This document shows positions 53,160-61,686 of a stretch of 64,000 nucleotides of DNA, piece by piece. A program made the position numbers and the translations under genes. Origin of the DNA: Acutalibacteraceae bacterium. GTDB taxonomy: Bacteria > Actinomycetota > Coriobacteriia > Coriobacteriales > QAMH01. The notes beneath the pieces were generated by a model that was given only the letters and a program-made list of their open reading frames with translations, did not search any database and was not told the origin of the DNA. How positions within the stretch are numbered: position 1 is the stretch's first letter; each line of letters opens with the position of its first letter. The stretch spans positions 25-64,024 of the forward strand of contig CAVDAL010000032.1 in the NCBI GenBank assembly GCA_963606965.1. The letters are read 5' to 3'.

Positions 53160-54206
53160 TTAATAGCCAGAAGCAATATAATTTGCAAGTTCACTATAAG
53201 GAGTTTCTCTTATTTCACACTTGCCAATTTCACGCGGAATAATTAATTTTATTGAATCGCCGTCGCGCTTTTTATCTGTCATCATAACGCGAACAAGCTC
53301 ATTTGGTTCATAATCAATCTCTGTTGGCAAATTTGCTTTTGTTAAAGATTCAACAATCTTTTTTACACATTCTTGCGAACATTCACCATTTGCATAAGCA
53401 GAGCGAGCGATTCCGGCAATCCCAATGCTAACAGCACGCCCGTGTGTCACTTTATATTCGCTTAAAACTTCAAATGCATGCCCTATGCTGTGCCCCAGAT
53501 TCAGCATCACTCTAGAGCCTGTTTCACGTTCGTCTTCTTCAGTATATTTCTTCTTAATTTTTATACAGCGCGTGATAATTTCTTCAATGTTGCTATGCAT
53601 GTCTTGCATTAAGTCTAAAATTTCTGGATCGTCTAAAATTGCATATTTGATGACTTCTGCACAGCCATCTGCAAAGATTTTTGCAGATAAAGTTGAAAGA
53701 ACTTCAATGTCGCACAAAACAAGGTTTGGCTGCCAAAATGCGCCAACCAAATTTTTGTGAGCACCAAGATTGATTGCAGTTTTGCCACCAATTGATGCAT
53801 CGACCATTGCAAGAAGAGTTGTTGGAATATTGATAAGCGATATCCCACGCATATATGTTGCAGCAGCATATCCTGCCATGTCGCTTGCGACTCCGCCGCC
53901 TAGTGCGATAATGCTGTCCTGCCTGTCAAAGCTCATGTCTGCTAAGAATTCTAAAATATCAATATATGTTTTTGTTGTTTTATATTTTTCCCCACTTGGG
54001 AAGACAAATTTGTGTACTGTGAATCCAGCTTCCTTCAGGCTTTTTAGCACTCGTTCGCCATAAATTAAGTCAACATTTGAGTCGCTTATGAGCGCGCAAT
54101 GCTTTGACTTTGTGACTTTTGAAATTTCTTCACCACATGTGTCAAGTAAGCCAGACCCAATTTCAACATTGTAATTTTTCGAGCTATGCACGCAAACGCT
54201 ATTCAT
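53160..54206 (-). CDS. aroB: 3-dehydroquinate synthase
   Basis: GGGVASDMAGYAAATYMRGISLINIPTTLLAMVDASIGGKTAINL and the His-rich metal site region (LNLGHSIGHAFE). Confidence 0.9.
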   Translation of the reverse strand: MNSVCVHSSKNYNVEIGSGLLDTCGEEISKVTKSKHCALISDSNVDLIYGERVLKSLKEAGFTVHKFVFPSGEKYKTTKTYIDILEFLADMSFDRQDSIIALGGGVASDMAGYAAATYMRGISLINIPTTLLAMVDASIGGKTAINLGAHKNLVGAFWQPNLVLCDIEVLSTLSAKIFADGCAEVIKYAILDDPEILDLMQDMHSNIEEIITRCIKIKKKYTEEDERETGSRVMLNLGHSIGHAFEVLSEYKVTHGRAVSIGIAGIARSAYANGECSQECVKKIVESLTKANLPTEIDYEPNELVRVMMTDKKRDGDSIKLIIPREIGKCEIRETPYSELANYIASGY

Positions 54207-54374
54207 TCCTGATAAACCCCTTTGTAATTACTAGCGCGTATTGTTTAAGATGTTTTACCACAAATTGTGCAGCACTTGCAAAAAGTTTGCCTTATTGTTT
54301 TCTATTTGTGCATAAATGTAACTAGACAAGTTTTTTTGTATGTTGGCAGATATGAACTCTGGTTTTAGTAAAAT

Positions 54375-55232
54375 ATGCATATAAACAAATTAATGAAAGC
54401 TGAAAGTATGGAAAAAGACCCATTTGAAAATTATTCAATAGAAACTGAACCGGAAAAAGCCAAAAAAAGCTATGCGTGGAATACAGCAATTGGTTTGCAA
54501 GCTGTTGATGGACTTAAAGTCTCTGATTATCTTGTTGAAACAGCAACAAAAAATATTGAAGGTGAAATCACATTAGAACAAGCACGTTCGATGATTGATA
54601 GCTATTATGCTGAAAAGTCACAACGTGCTATTGATGATAATGATCGCACAGAGGAAGCTGATAAAGTTTCAAGCAGAATTTCTGAACTGATTTCTGAGCC
54701 GGCATTTTCACTTTCTGTAAATGAATATGTTTCCATACATCGCAAACTGTTTTATGGAATATATGACCATGCAGGAAAGGTTCGTGATTATAACATCACA
54801 AAAAAAGAATGGGTTTTAGATGGCGCAACTGTGATATATGGCACAGCTTCTGAATTAGAATCAACTCTTGAATATGATATTTCTAAAGAAAAGGCTTTTT
54901 CATATAAGGGTCTTTTGCCAGAAGAAATGATTAATCATCTTGCTATTTTTATATCCAACTTGTGGCAAATTCATGCTTTTGCAGAAGGCAACACAAGAAC
55001 CACTGCTGTCTTTTTAATTAAATACTTACAGGTCTTGGGCTATGATGTGACCAATGATTTATTTAAAGAAAATTCTTGGTATTTCAGAAATGCTCTTGTT
55101 CGCGCAAATTATACAAATTTGCAAAAGAACATACATGAAACAACTAAATATCTTGAACTATTTTTAAAGAACTTGCTTTTTAATGAGCAAAATGAACTAA
55201 ATAATCGAGATTTGCATATAGATAACGAATAG
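54375..55232 (+). CDS. Fic/Fido-family protein with a VbhA-like N-terminal domain and a non-canonical active-site motif
   Basis: Fic core HAFAEGNTRTTA vs canonical HxFx(D/E)GNGRxxR. N-terminus NTAIGLQAVDGLKVSDYLVETATKNIEGEITLEQARSMI resembles the VbhA antitoxin fold. Start is ambiguous (54375, 54393 or 54408). Confidence 0.7.
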   Translation: MHINKLMKAESMEKDPFENYSIETEPEKAKKSYAWNTAIGLQAVDGLKVSDYLVETATKNIEGEITLEQARSMIDSYYAEKSQRAIDDNDRTEEADKVSSRISELISEPAFSLSVNEYVSIHRKLFYGIYDHAGKVRDYNITKKEWVLDGATVIYGTASELESTLEYDISKEKAFSYKGLLPEEMINHLAIFISNLWQIHAFAEGNTRTTAVFLIKYLQVLGYDVTNDLFKENSWYFRNALVRANYTNLQKNIHETTKYLELFLKNLLFNEQNELNNRDLHIDNE

Positions 55233-55247
55233 AGGGAAGAAGCAAAA

Positions 55248-55853
55248 ATGAACATAACTGTATTTTTAGGTGCTGCAGAAGGCAATAATCCAAAGTTTAA
55301 AGAATGCGTGGCAGAGCTTGGCTCATGGTTTGGCAAAACAGGCAATACGCTAGTTTATGGCGGGTCAAAAACTGGCTTGATGGGTGTTTTGGCAACAAGT
55401 GCGATTCAAGCTGGAGCAGAAGTTATTGGTGTGGAAACAACCTTTTTTGTTGAACAAAATGTGCATTTTGAACAGGCAACAAAGTTAATCATTGAAGATG
55501 ATTTATCTAAGCGCAAAGATAGCATGATCAATGCTGCAGATGCGTTCATCATTTTTCCTGGTGGCAATGGCACGCTTGATGAAGCTAGCGATGTCATGGC
55601 AAAAGCTTCACTTGGACATATAGATGCGCCATGCATTTTTTATAATATTGATGGCTATTACAATTCTTTGAAAGATTTTTTGCAAAATATGATTGATTGC
55701 GGCTTTTCAACAAAGAACCGCCAGCGCACTATAAGTTTTGCTTCATCATTGGAAGAAATTGAAGAAATTTTGCAAAACTTTACAAAGGCTGAAATGGATA
55801 AAACTTCTGGTGAAGCATTCCGCGATCTTTGCGCCGAGCAATTAGGCATTTAG
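55248..55853 (+). CDS. LOG-family (TIGR00730) nucleotide phosphoribohydrolase
   Basis: VYGGSKTGLMG and the PGGNGTLDE signature (PGGxGTxxE). SD AGGGAAGAAG upstream. Confidence 0.8.
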   Translation: MNITVFLGAAEGNNPKFKECVAELGSWFGKTGNTLVYGGSKTGLMGVLATSAIQAGAEVIGVETTFFVEQNVHFEQATKLIIEDDLSKRKDSMINAADAFIIFPGGNGTLDEASDVMAKASLGHIDAPCIFYNIDGYYNSLKDFLQNMIDCGFSTKNRQRTISFASSLEEIEEILQNFTKAEMDKTSGEAFRDLCAEQLGI

Positions 55854-56014
55854 CACATCTATCAACAAATTTTATGTGAGCTTATATCAGTTCTGTAATA
55901 TGCTATGTCGGTTATTCTTTTCATGCGCATACATATAGCAAAGCTTTGACTTGCTGTTATGTGCATGAATGGCAAAGTTGAGCACAAAACTAATAGCTTA
56001 TATAGATGGGAAGT

Positions 56015-57088
56015 ATGGAAGCAAAAAGCGCCATAGCAAAAGAGCTTGTTGATAAACTTGCATTAAAGCATTGTCTTGAACTTGAAGAATATGAACTACT
56101 TGTTTCTAGCTTTGATTGTGAACTAGCAGCATATGCAGCAAGTTTAGCTGTTGATGCATGCTTGGGTGTTTATGGCAAGAATATATATGTTCGTGGGCTT
56201 ATTGAATTTAGCAACTATTGCAAAAATAATTGCTATTATTGCGGCATCCGTGCTGAAAATAAAGCATGTGAACGTTATAGGCTGACAAATTCCCAAATTC
56301 TTGAATGTGCAGATGAAGGTTACAAACTTGGATATCGCACTATTGTTTTGCAAAGTGGCGAAGATGAATATTATACAGATGAGATTTTGTGCAATTTAAT
56401 TTCCGCTTTGAAAGAGCAGCATCAAGATTGCGCTGTCACTTTATCTGTTGGGGAGCGCAGTGCCAAAAGCTACCAATTGTTGCGAGCCGCCGGAGCAGAC
56501 AGATATCTTCTGCGTCATGAAACAGCAAATAAAGCACATTATGAAAAGCTACATCCAGGACAAATGAGCTGGCAAAATAGAATGGATTGCTTGCAAAATT
56601 TAAAGGATTGCGGCTTTTGTGTTGGCGCTGGCTTTATTGTTGGTTCACCTTATCAAAGTGCGGCATCTATCGCGCAAGATTTGAAATTCATTGAACAATT
56701 TAAGCCGCAAATGTGCGGGATTGGGCCATTTGTTCCTCATCATGCAACGCAATTTGCAAAGTGCGAGGCTGGCTCTGTTGATTTGACTTGCTATTTGCTT
56801 TCACTTATACGTTTGATTCAACCAAATATCTTGTTACCAGCAACAACAGCGCTTGCAACTCTAGCACAAGATGGTCGCGAGCGCGGAATACTTTCTGGTG
56901 CAAATGTTGTTATGCCAAATTTGTCACCGTGCAATGTTCGCAAAAAATATGAAATTTATGATAACAAAGCATGTACGGGGGAAGAAGCTGCGACAAGTTT
57001 TAAGCGTTTGAAAGCTAGCTTGAGCAAAATTGACAGGAATTTAATTATAGACAGAGGCGACCCAAAGCCGTTAAAAGAGGTGTTATAA
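56015..57088 (+). CDS. hydE: [FeFe]-hydrogenase maturase HydE (radical SAM)
   Basis: CKNNCYYCGIR cluster motif in a BioB-like barrel. Placed first in the hydEGF-hydA operon. Start is ATG 56015 (or 56006). Confidence 0.8.
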   Translation: MEAKSAIAKELVDKLALKHCLELEEYELLVSSFDCELAAYAASLAVDACLGVYGKNIYVRGLIEFSNYCKNNCYYCGIRAENKACERYRLTNSQILECADEGYKLGYRTIVLQSGEDEYYTDEILCNLISALKEQHQDCAVTLSVGERSAKSYQLLRAAGADRYLLRHETANKAHYEKLHPGQMSWQNRMDCLQNLKDCGFCVGAGFIVGSPYQSAASIAQDLKFIEQFKPQMCGIGPFVPHHATQFAKCEAGSVDLTCYLLSLIRLIQPNILLPATTALATLAQDGRERGILSGANVVMPNLSPCNVRKKYEIYDNKACTGEEAATSFKRLKASLSKIDRNLIIDRGDPKPLKEVL

Positions 57089-57091
57089 AAA

Positions 57092-58573
57092 TTGAAAGAA
57101 GAGATGGTTAAAACGCAGGAAAAATATAAATATGATGTCGCATCTTGTTGCGCAGATGAATTTATAAACAATGATGAGATTTTGGAATCTTTGGCTTATG
57201 CGCAGGAAAATAAGGGCAATGTTGAACTATGTCGCAAAATTCTTGCGCAGGCGCAATCGTCACTTGAAAATCCGCGCCGCGACCATGCGCCAGTCATAAC
57301 TCATCGTGAAGCTGCTTTGCTTCTTGCTTGTGAAGATCCACAAATTGATGCTGCTTGCAAGGCGCTGGCTAGGAAAATTAAGCTGCGTTTTTATGGCAAC
57401 AGAATTGTCCTGTTCGCTCCTCTTTATCTTTCAAATTATTGTGTCAATAGCTGTTTGTACTGCCCATATCATGCAAAGAATAAAGAAATCCCGCGTCACA
57501 AATTAACGCAAGAGCAGATACGTGCAGAAGTTATTGCTTTGCAAGATGCAGGGCACAAGCGCTTGGCAATTGAAGCTGGGGAAGATCCACACAACAACCC
57601 GCTTAGTTACATCTTGGAAAGCATAAATACAATCTATGAAACGAAGCACAAAAATGGTGCAATTCGCAGAGTTAATGTAAATATTGCAGCTACTAGTGTT
57701 GATGAATATAAGCAGCTTAAAAGCGCTGGTATTGGCACATATATTTTGTTTCAAGAAACATATAACAAAGAAAAATATTTGCAGTTGCACCCAACAGGCC
57801 CAAAGCATGATTATAACTGGCACACGGAAGCACACGACCGTGCAATGCAAGCTGGTATAGACGATGTTGGACTTGGTGTTTTGTTTGGTTTGGATAGCTA
57901 TGACTATGAGCTTGTTGGTTTGATTATGCATGCGGAACATTTGGAGACTCGTTTTGGCGTTGGTCCGCACACAATCAGCGTTCCGCGAGTGAAGCCTGCA
58001 ATGGATATTAATCCTGATGTTTTTGATAATGGAATTTCAGATGAACTTTTTGAAAAAATCATTGCAATTATTCGCTTGGCTGTTCCATATACAGGCATGA
58101 TAATTTCCACTCGTGAAGGGCAAAGCGTGCGCGATGCTGCGTTGCAATATGGGGTCTCGCAAATTTCTGGCGGTTCGCGCACTAGTGTTGGTGGTTATGT
58201 TCAAAGTGAACGCCCACATGATACAGAGCAATTTAATGTGTCTGACCAGCGCAGTCTTGATGAAGTCATTGGTTGGCTTATTGATCGTGGGCACATTCCA
58301 AGTTTTTGCACAGCTTGTTATAGGGCGGGGCGCACTGGCGATCGCTTTATGGAATTTTGCAAAAATGGTGAAATCTTGAATTATTGTCACCCGAATGCAC
58401 TTTTGACTTTGGAAGAATATTTAAGCGATTATGCTTCAAGTGAAGTGCGCGAAAAGGGAAGAAAGCTTGTTGATATTGAGCTGAATAAAATTACGAATGA
58501 AAACACTCGCGCTTTATGTGGTGAAAGAATAGATCAAATTCGCAACTCGCAGGCGCGAGATTTTCGATTTTAG
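57092..58573 (+). CDS. hydG: [FeFe]-hydrogenase maturase HydG (radical SAM tyrosine lyase)
   Basis: CVNSCLYCPY radical SAM motif, ThiH-like core, and C-terminal auxiliary-cluster cysteines (SFCTACYRAGRTGDRFMEFC). Start is TTG 57092 or ATG 57104. Confidence 0.85.
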   Translation: MKEEMVKTQEKYKYDVASCCADEFINNDEILESLAYAQENKGNVELCRKILAQAQSSLENPRRDHAPVITHREAALLLACEDPQIDAACKALARKIKLRFYGNRIVLFAPLYLSNYCVNSCLYCPYHAKNKEIPRHKLTQEQIRAEVIALQDAGHKRLAIEAGEDPHNNPLSYILESINTIYETKHKNGAIRRVNVNIAATSVDEYKQLKSAGIGTYILFQETYNKEKYLQLHPTGPKHDYNWHTEAHDRAMQAGIDDVGLGVLFGLDSYDYELVGLIMHAEHLETRFGVGPHTISVPRVKPAMDINPDVFDNGISDELFEKIIAIIRLAVPYTGMIISTREGQSVRDAALQYGVSQISGGSRTSVGGYVQSERPHDTEQFNVSDQRSLDEVIGWLIDRGHIPSFCTACYRAGRTGDRFMEFCKNGEILNYCHPNALLTLEEYLSDYASSEVREKGRKLVDIELNKITNENTRALCGERIDQIRNSQARDFRF

Positions 58574-58629
58574 ATTTTGTACTTTTGATTTTGAAATTGC
58601 GAGTACATGAATGGAGGAAAGCTTAAAAC

Positions 58630-59856
58630 ATGGGATTAAATGATGCGCCATCAGGTGAGCGAATGTGCATTGGCTTTTTTGGCGTGCGCAATGCTGGCAA
58701 GTCGAGTCTTGTGAATGCTGTGACAGCACAAGAGATGTCAATTGTCGATGCTAAGCTTGGTACAACAACTGACCCTGTTAGTAAGAATATGGAGCTTTTG
58801 CCATTAGGCCCTGTCACAATTATTGATACTCCGGGCATTGATGATGAAGGTAGCCTTGGCGCTAAGCGAATTGAAAAGACTCATAAAATTTTGGAAACTT
58901 GCGACATTGCTATTCTGGTTGCAGATGCTTCACGCGTGCTTAGTGCAGCAGACAAAGAATTGTTGCAAATTTTTAAAGATAAACAAAAACCATATATTCT
59001 TACTTTGAACAAGATTGATTTGCTTTCAGAAGAAGAAATAAATGAGCTTGAGCAAAAAGAAAACTGCTGCCTTGTGAGTGCGACGTGTGGCAGCGGCATT
59101 TATGAGCTAAAGGAACATATTGGCAAGTTGAAAGATAAAGCGCGTGAACATGAAAGAATGCTTATTCGCGATTTGCTTGAAGCAGGAGATATTGTTGTCT
59201 TGGTTATTCCAATTGACTCAAGCGCGCCAAAGATGCGCATAATCTTGCCGCAACAAATGGTAATGCGTGATTGCTTGGACGCGCATGCAATTCCAGTTTG
59301 CTGCCAGCCACAAGAGCTTGCAAATGTGCTTGATGCCTTGCAGCAAGAGCCAAAAATTGTCATTACAGACTCTCAAGTATTCAAAGAGGTTGAACAGATT
59401 GTTCCAAGTGATATTGCGTTAACTTCATTTTCAATATTGATGGCGCGATACAAAGGCGAGCTAGATGTTTTGCTGCAAGGCGCGCAAGCTTTGCAACAGC
59501 TGACAGATGAAAGCAAAGTGCTCATTTGCGAAGCATGTACGCATCATCGTCAGTGTGAAGATATTGGCACTGTTAAAATTCCTGCATGGGTTAAAGAATG
59601 CAGTGGGAGCAATCCTGAATTTAATTTCACAAGTGGCAAAGACTTCCCGCAAAATTTGGAAGATTATGATTTGGTCATTCATTGCGGCGCATGCATGATT
59701 ACACAAAATGAAATGCATTCGCGCATTGATATAGCAAAAGAAAATGGCGTGCAAATGGTTAATTATGGCATTGCTATAGCAAAGATGAATGGAATTTTGA
59801 CCCGCGCACTTGAGCCTTTTGGCAACAGCGCGATACAAGAAGAAAGGGCCGTATAA
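58630..59856 (+). CDS. hydF: [FeFe]-hydrogenase maturation GTPase HydF
   Basis: P-loop GVRNAGKSS, DTPG, NKID GTPase motifs, and C-terminal cluster ligands CEACTHH...HCGACM. Confidence 0.85.
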   Translation: MGLNDAPSGERMCIGFFGVRNAGKSSLVNAVTAQEMSIVDAKLGTTTDPVSKNMELLPLGPVTIIDTPGIDDEGSLGAKRIEKTHKILETCDIAILVADASRVLSAADKELLQIFKDKQKPYILTLNKIDLLSEEEINELEQKENCCLVSATCGSGIYELKEHIGKLKDKAREHERMLIRDLLEAGDIVVLVIPIDSSAPKMRIILPQQMVMRDCLDAHAIPVCCQPQELANVLDALQQEPKIVITDSQVFKEVEQIVPSDIALTSFSILMARYKGELDVLLQGAQALQQLTDESKVLICEACTHHRQCEDIGTVKIPAWVKECSGSNPEFNFTSGKDFPQNLEDYDLVIHCGACMITQNEMHSRIDIAKENGVQMVNYGIAIAKMNGILTRALEPFGNSAIQEERAV

Positions 59857-59859
59857 ATT

Positions 59860-61686
59860 ATGAGCAAGTTATCTGTTTATGCTCCAACAAAACTTGATGA
59901 AGAAATTGAAGCTATTACTTCATCTGCAATAGATAGAATGTCAGTTTTTGCAGGCGCGACTTGCCCGCTAGAAGCTGCTCTTGGATTTTTCAAAATGTGT
60001 GCTTCGCAAAGCTGTGGCAAGTGCACTCCGTGCCGGATTGGCCTTTCGCGTCTGTCTGATGGTTTGGAAAATATTTTGCGTGGCTCAAATGCAGATGGTG
60101 TCATTGAAAATATCGAATCTATTTGCAATTCCTTATATCAAACAGCAGATTGTGCAATTGGCTTTCAAGCTGGAAAGATTGGTCTTGCTTTTGCGCAGCT
60201 AATTCATGAAGATGCAAAAAGCCATATTGAAAAAGGTATTTGTGCCAAAGAGTTCAGCGCTGTGCCATGCATTAGCAAGTGTCCGTCGCATGTTGATATT
60301 CCAGGCTATATTGCTCTTGTGCGCGCTGGCAGATATGCAGATGCTGTCCGCTTGATAAGAAATGATAATCCCTTCCCGAGTGCATGTGCCTTTGTTTGTG
60401 AACATCCATGTGAAGCATCCTGCCGCCGTGGGATGATAGATGCGCCGCTAAACATTCGTGCAATAAAGCAACATGCAGTTTTGAGTGCAGGTGAAGTTGA
60501 ACCACCGCAAAAGTGTGAAAGCAGTGGCAAGAAAGTTGCAATTATTGGTGGAGGACCAAGTGGGTTGACCTGCGCATATTATGCAGCATTGATGGGGCAT
60601 AGCGTTACAGTTTTCGAGCAAAATGACAAACTTGGCGGCATGCTTTTATATGGCATTCCGCGATATAGGTTGCCTCAAAAATATATCGATTATGATATTG
60701 ATGCAATTTTATCTTTAGGCGTGGAGGTAAAGTTTAATACAAAAGTTGGTAAAGATATAACATTAGATGAAATTGAAGATGCTTTCGATGCTATCTATAT
60801 TGCAATTGGCGCGCACACATTCAAAGCTTTGGGAATTGAATATGAAACTCGTGAAGGCGTATGCGCTGCTGTTGAATTTTTACATGAAGCTTCATCTGGG
60901 GCGCGCAAAGATTTAAGCGGGAAGGATGTTGTTGTTATCGGCGGCGGCAATGTTGCAATGGATGCTACTCGCACAGCAAAGCGTCTTGGCGCAAAAAGTG
61001 TTCATTGCATTTATAGACGTCGCAAAGAAGATATGACAGCTTTGCCGCAGGAAATTGAATCTGCAATTGCGGAAGGCTGCGAAATTGTCGAACTTATGGC
61101 ACCTGATCATGTTGAAGTTGGAAAGGATAAGCCGCTGGTTTTTGTTGGACAGCCGCAAATTCCTGGTGAATATAGAGCTGGCAGGCCAAGTCCTGTTGCA
61201 GCTATGACTGCAAAGCATGAATATCCATGCGACATAATTATTGAAGCAATTGGTCAAGTTATTGAATCTGATTATTTTGAAAAGTGCGGCATCAATACAA
61301 ACCGTGGAAGAATTGTTGCAGATGAATATTGTTCAGTCGATAAAAGTGAAAAAATATTTTCTGGTGGGGATAGCGCGACAGGCCCTTCCACTGTAATTCG
61401 CGCAATTGCTGCTGGTAAAGCTGCTGCTGCAAATATCGATGCGTTCTTGGGCTTCAATCATAATATTTATGATGAAATTAAAATTCCGTCTGCTCAGTTC
61501 AAAACAAATAATGCATGCGGACGCGTGAATATTCAAGAAAGAGAGGCTAGCGAACGCGGAACAGATTTTGAAGGCGTTGAAATTCCTCTTAGCAATGAAG
61601 AAGCGCAACAGGAATGTGGAAGGTGCTTGCGTTGTGACCACTTTGGCATGGGCGCGTTGCATGAAGGGAGAACCCAAGCATGGTAA
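59860..61686 (+). CDS. hydrogenase-associated NAD(P)H oxidoreductase: NuoF-type [4Fe-4S] module fused to a GltD-like flavoprotein
   Basis: N-terminal SCGKCTPCRIG (NuoF N3-cluster motif) without the FMN/NADH domain. GltD-type Cys region CPSHVDIPGYI...CAFVCEHPCEASCRRG. Dinucleotide loops IIGGGPSGL and VIGGGNVAMD. Confidence 0.75.
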   Translation: MSKLSVYAPTKLDEEIEAITSSAIDRMSVFAGATCPLEAALGFFKMCASQSCGKCTPCRIGLSRLSDGLENILRGSNADGVIENIESICNSLYQTADCAIGFQAGKIGLAFAQLIHEDAKSHIEKGICAKEFSAVPCISKCPSHVDIPGYIALVRAGRYADAVRLIRNDNPFPSACAFVCEHPCEASCRRGMIDAPLNIRAIKQHAVLSAGEVEPPQKCESSGKKVAIIGGGPSGLTCAYYAALMGHSVTVFEQNDKLGGMLLYGIPRYRLPQKYIDYDIDAILSLGVEVKFNTKVGKDITLDEIEDAFDAIYIAIGAHTFKALGIEYETREGVCAAVEFLHEASSGARKDLSGKDVVVIGGGNVAMDATRTAKRLGAKSVHCIYRRRKEDMTALPQEIESAIAEGCEIVELMAPDHVEVGKDKPLVFVGQPQIPGEYRAGRPSPVAAMTAKHEYPCDIIIEAIGQVIESDYFEKCGINTNRGRIVADEYCSVDKSEKIFSGGDSATGPSTVIRAIAAGKAAAANIDAFLGFNHNIYDEIKIPSAQFKTNNACGRVNIQEREASERGTDFEGVEIPLSNEEAQQECGRCLRCDHFGMGALHEGRTQAW

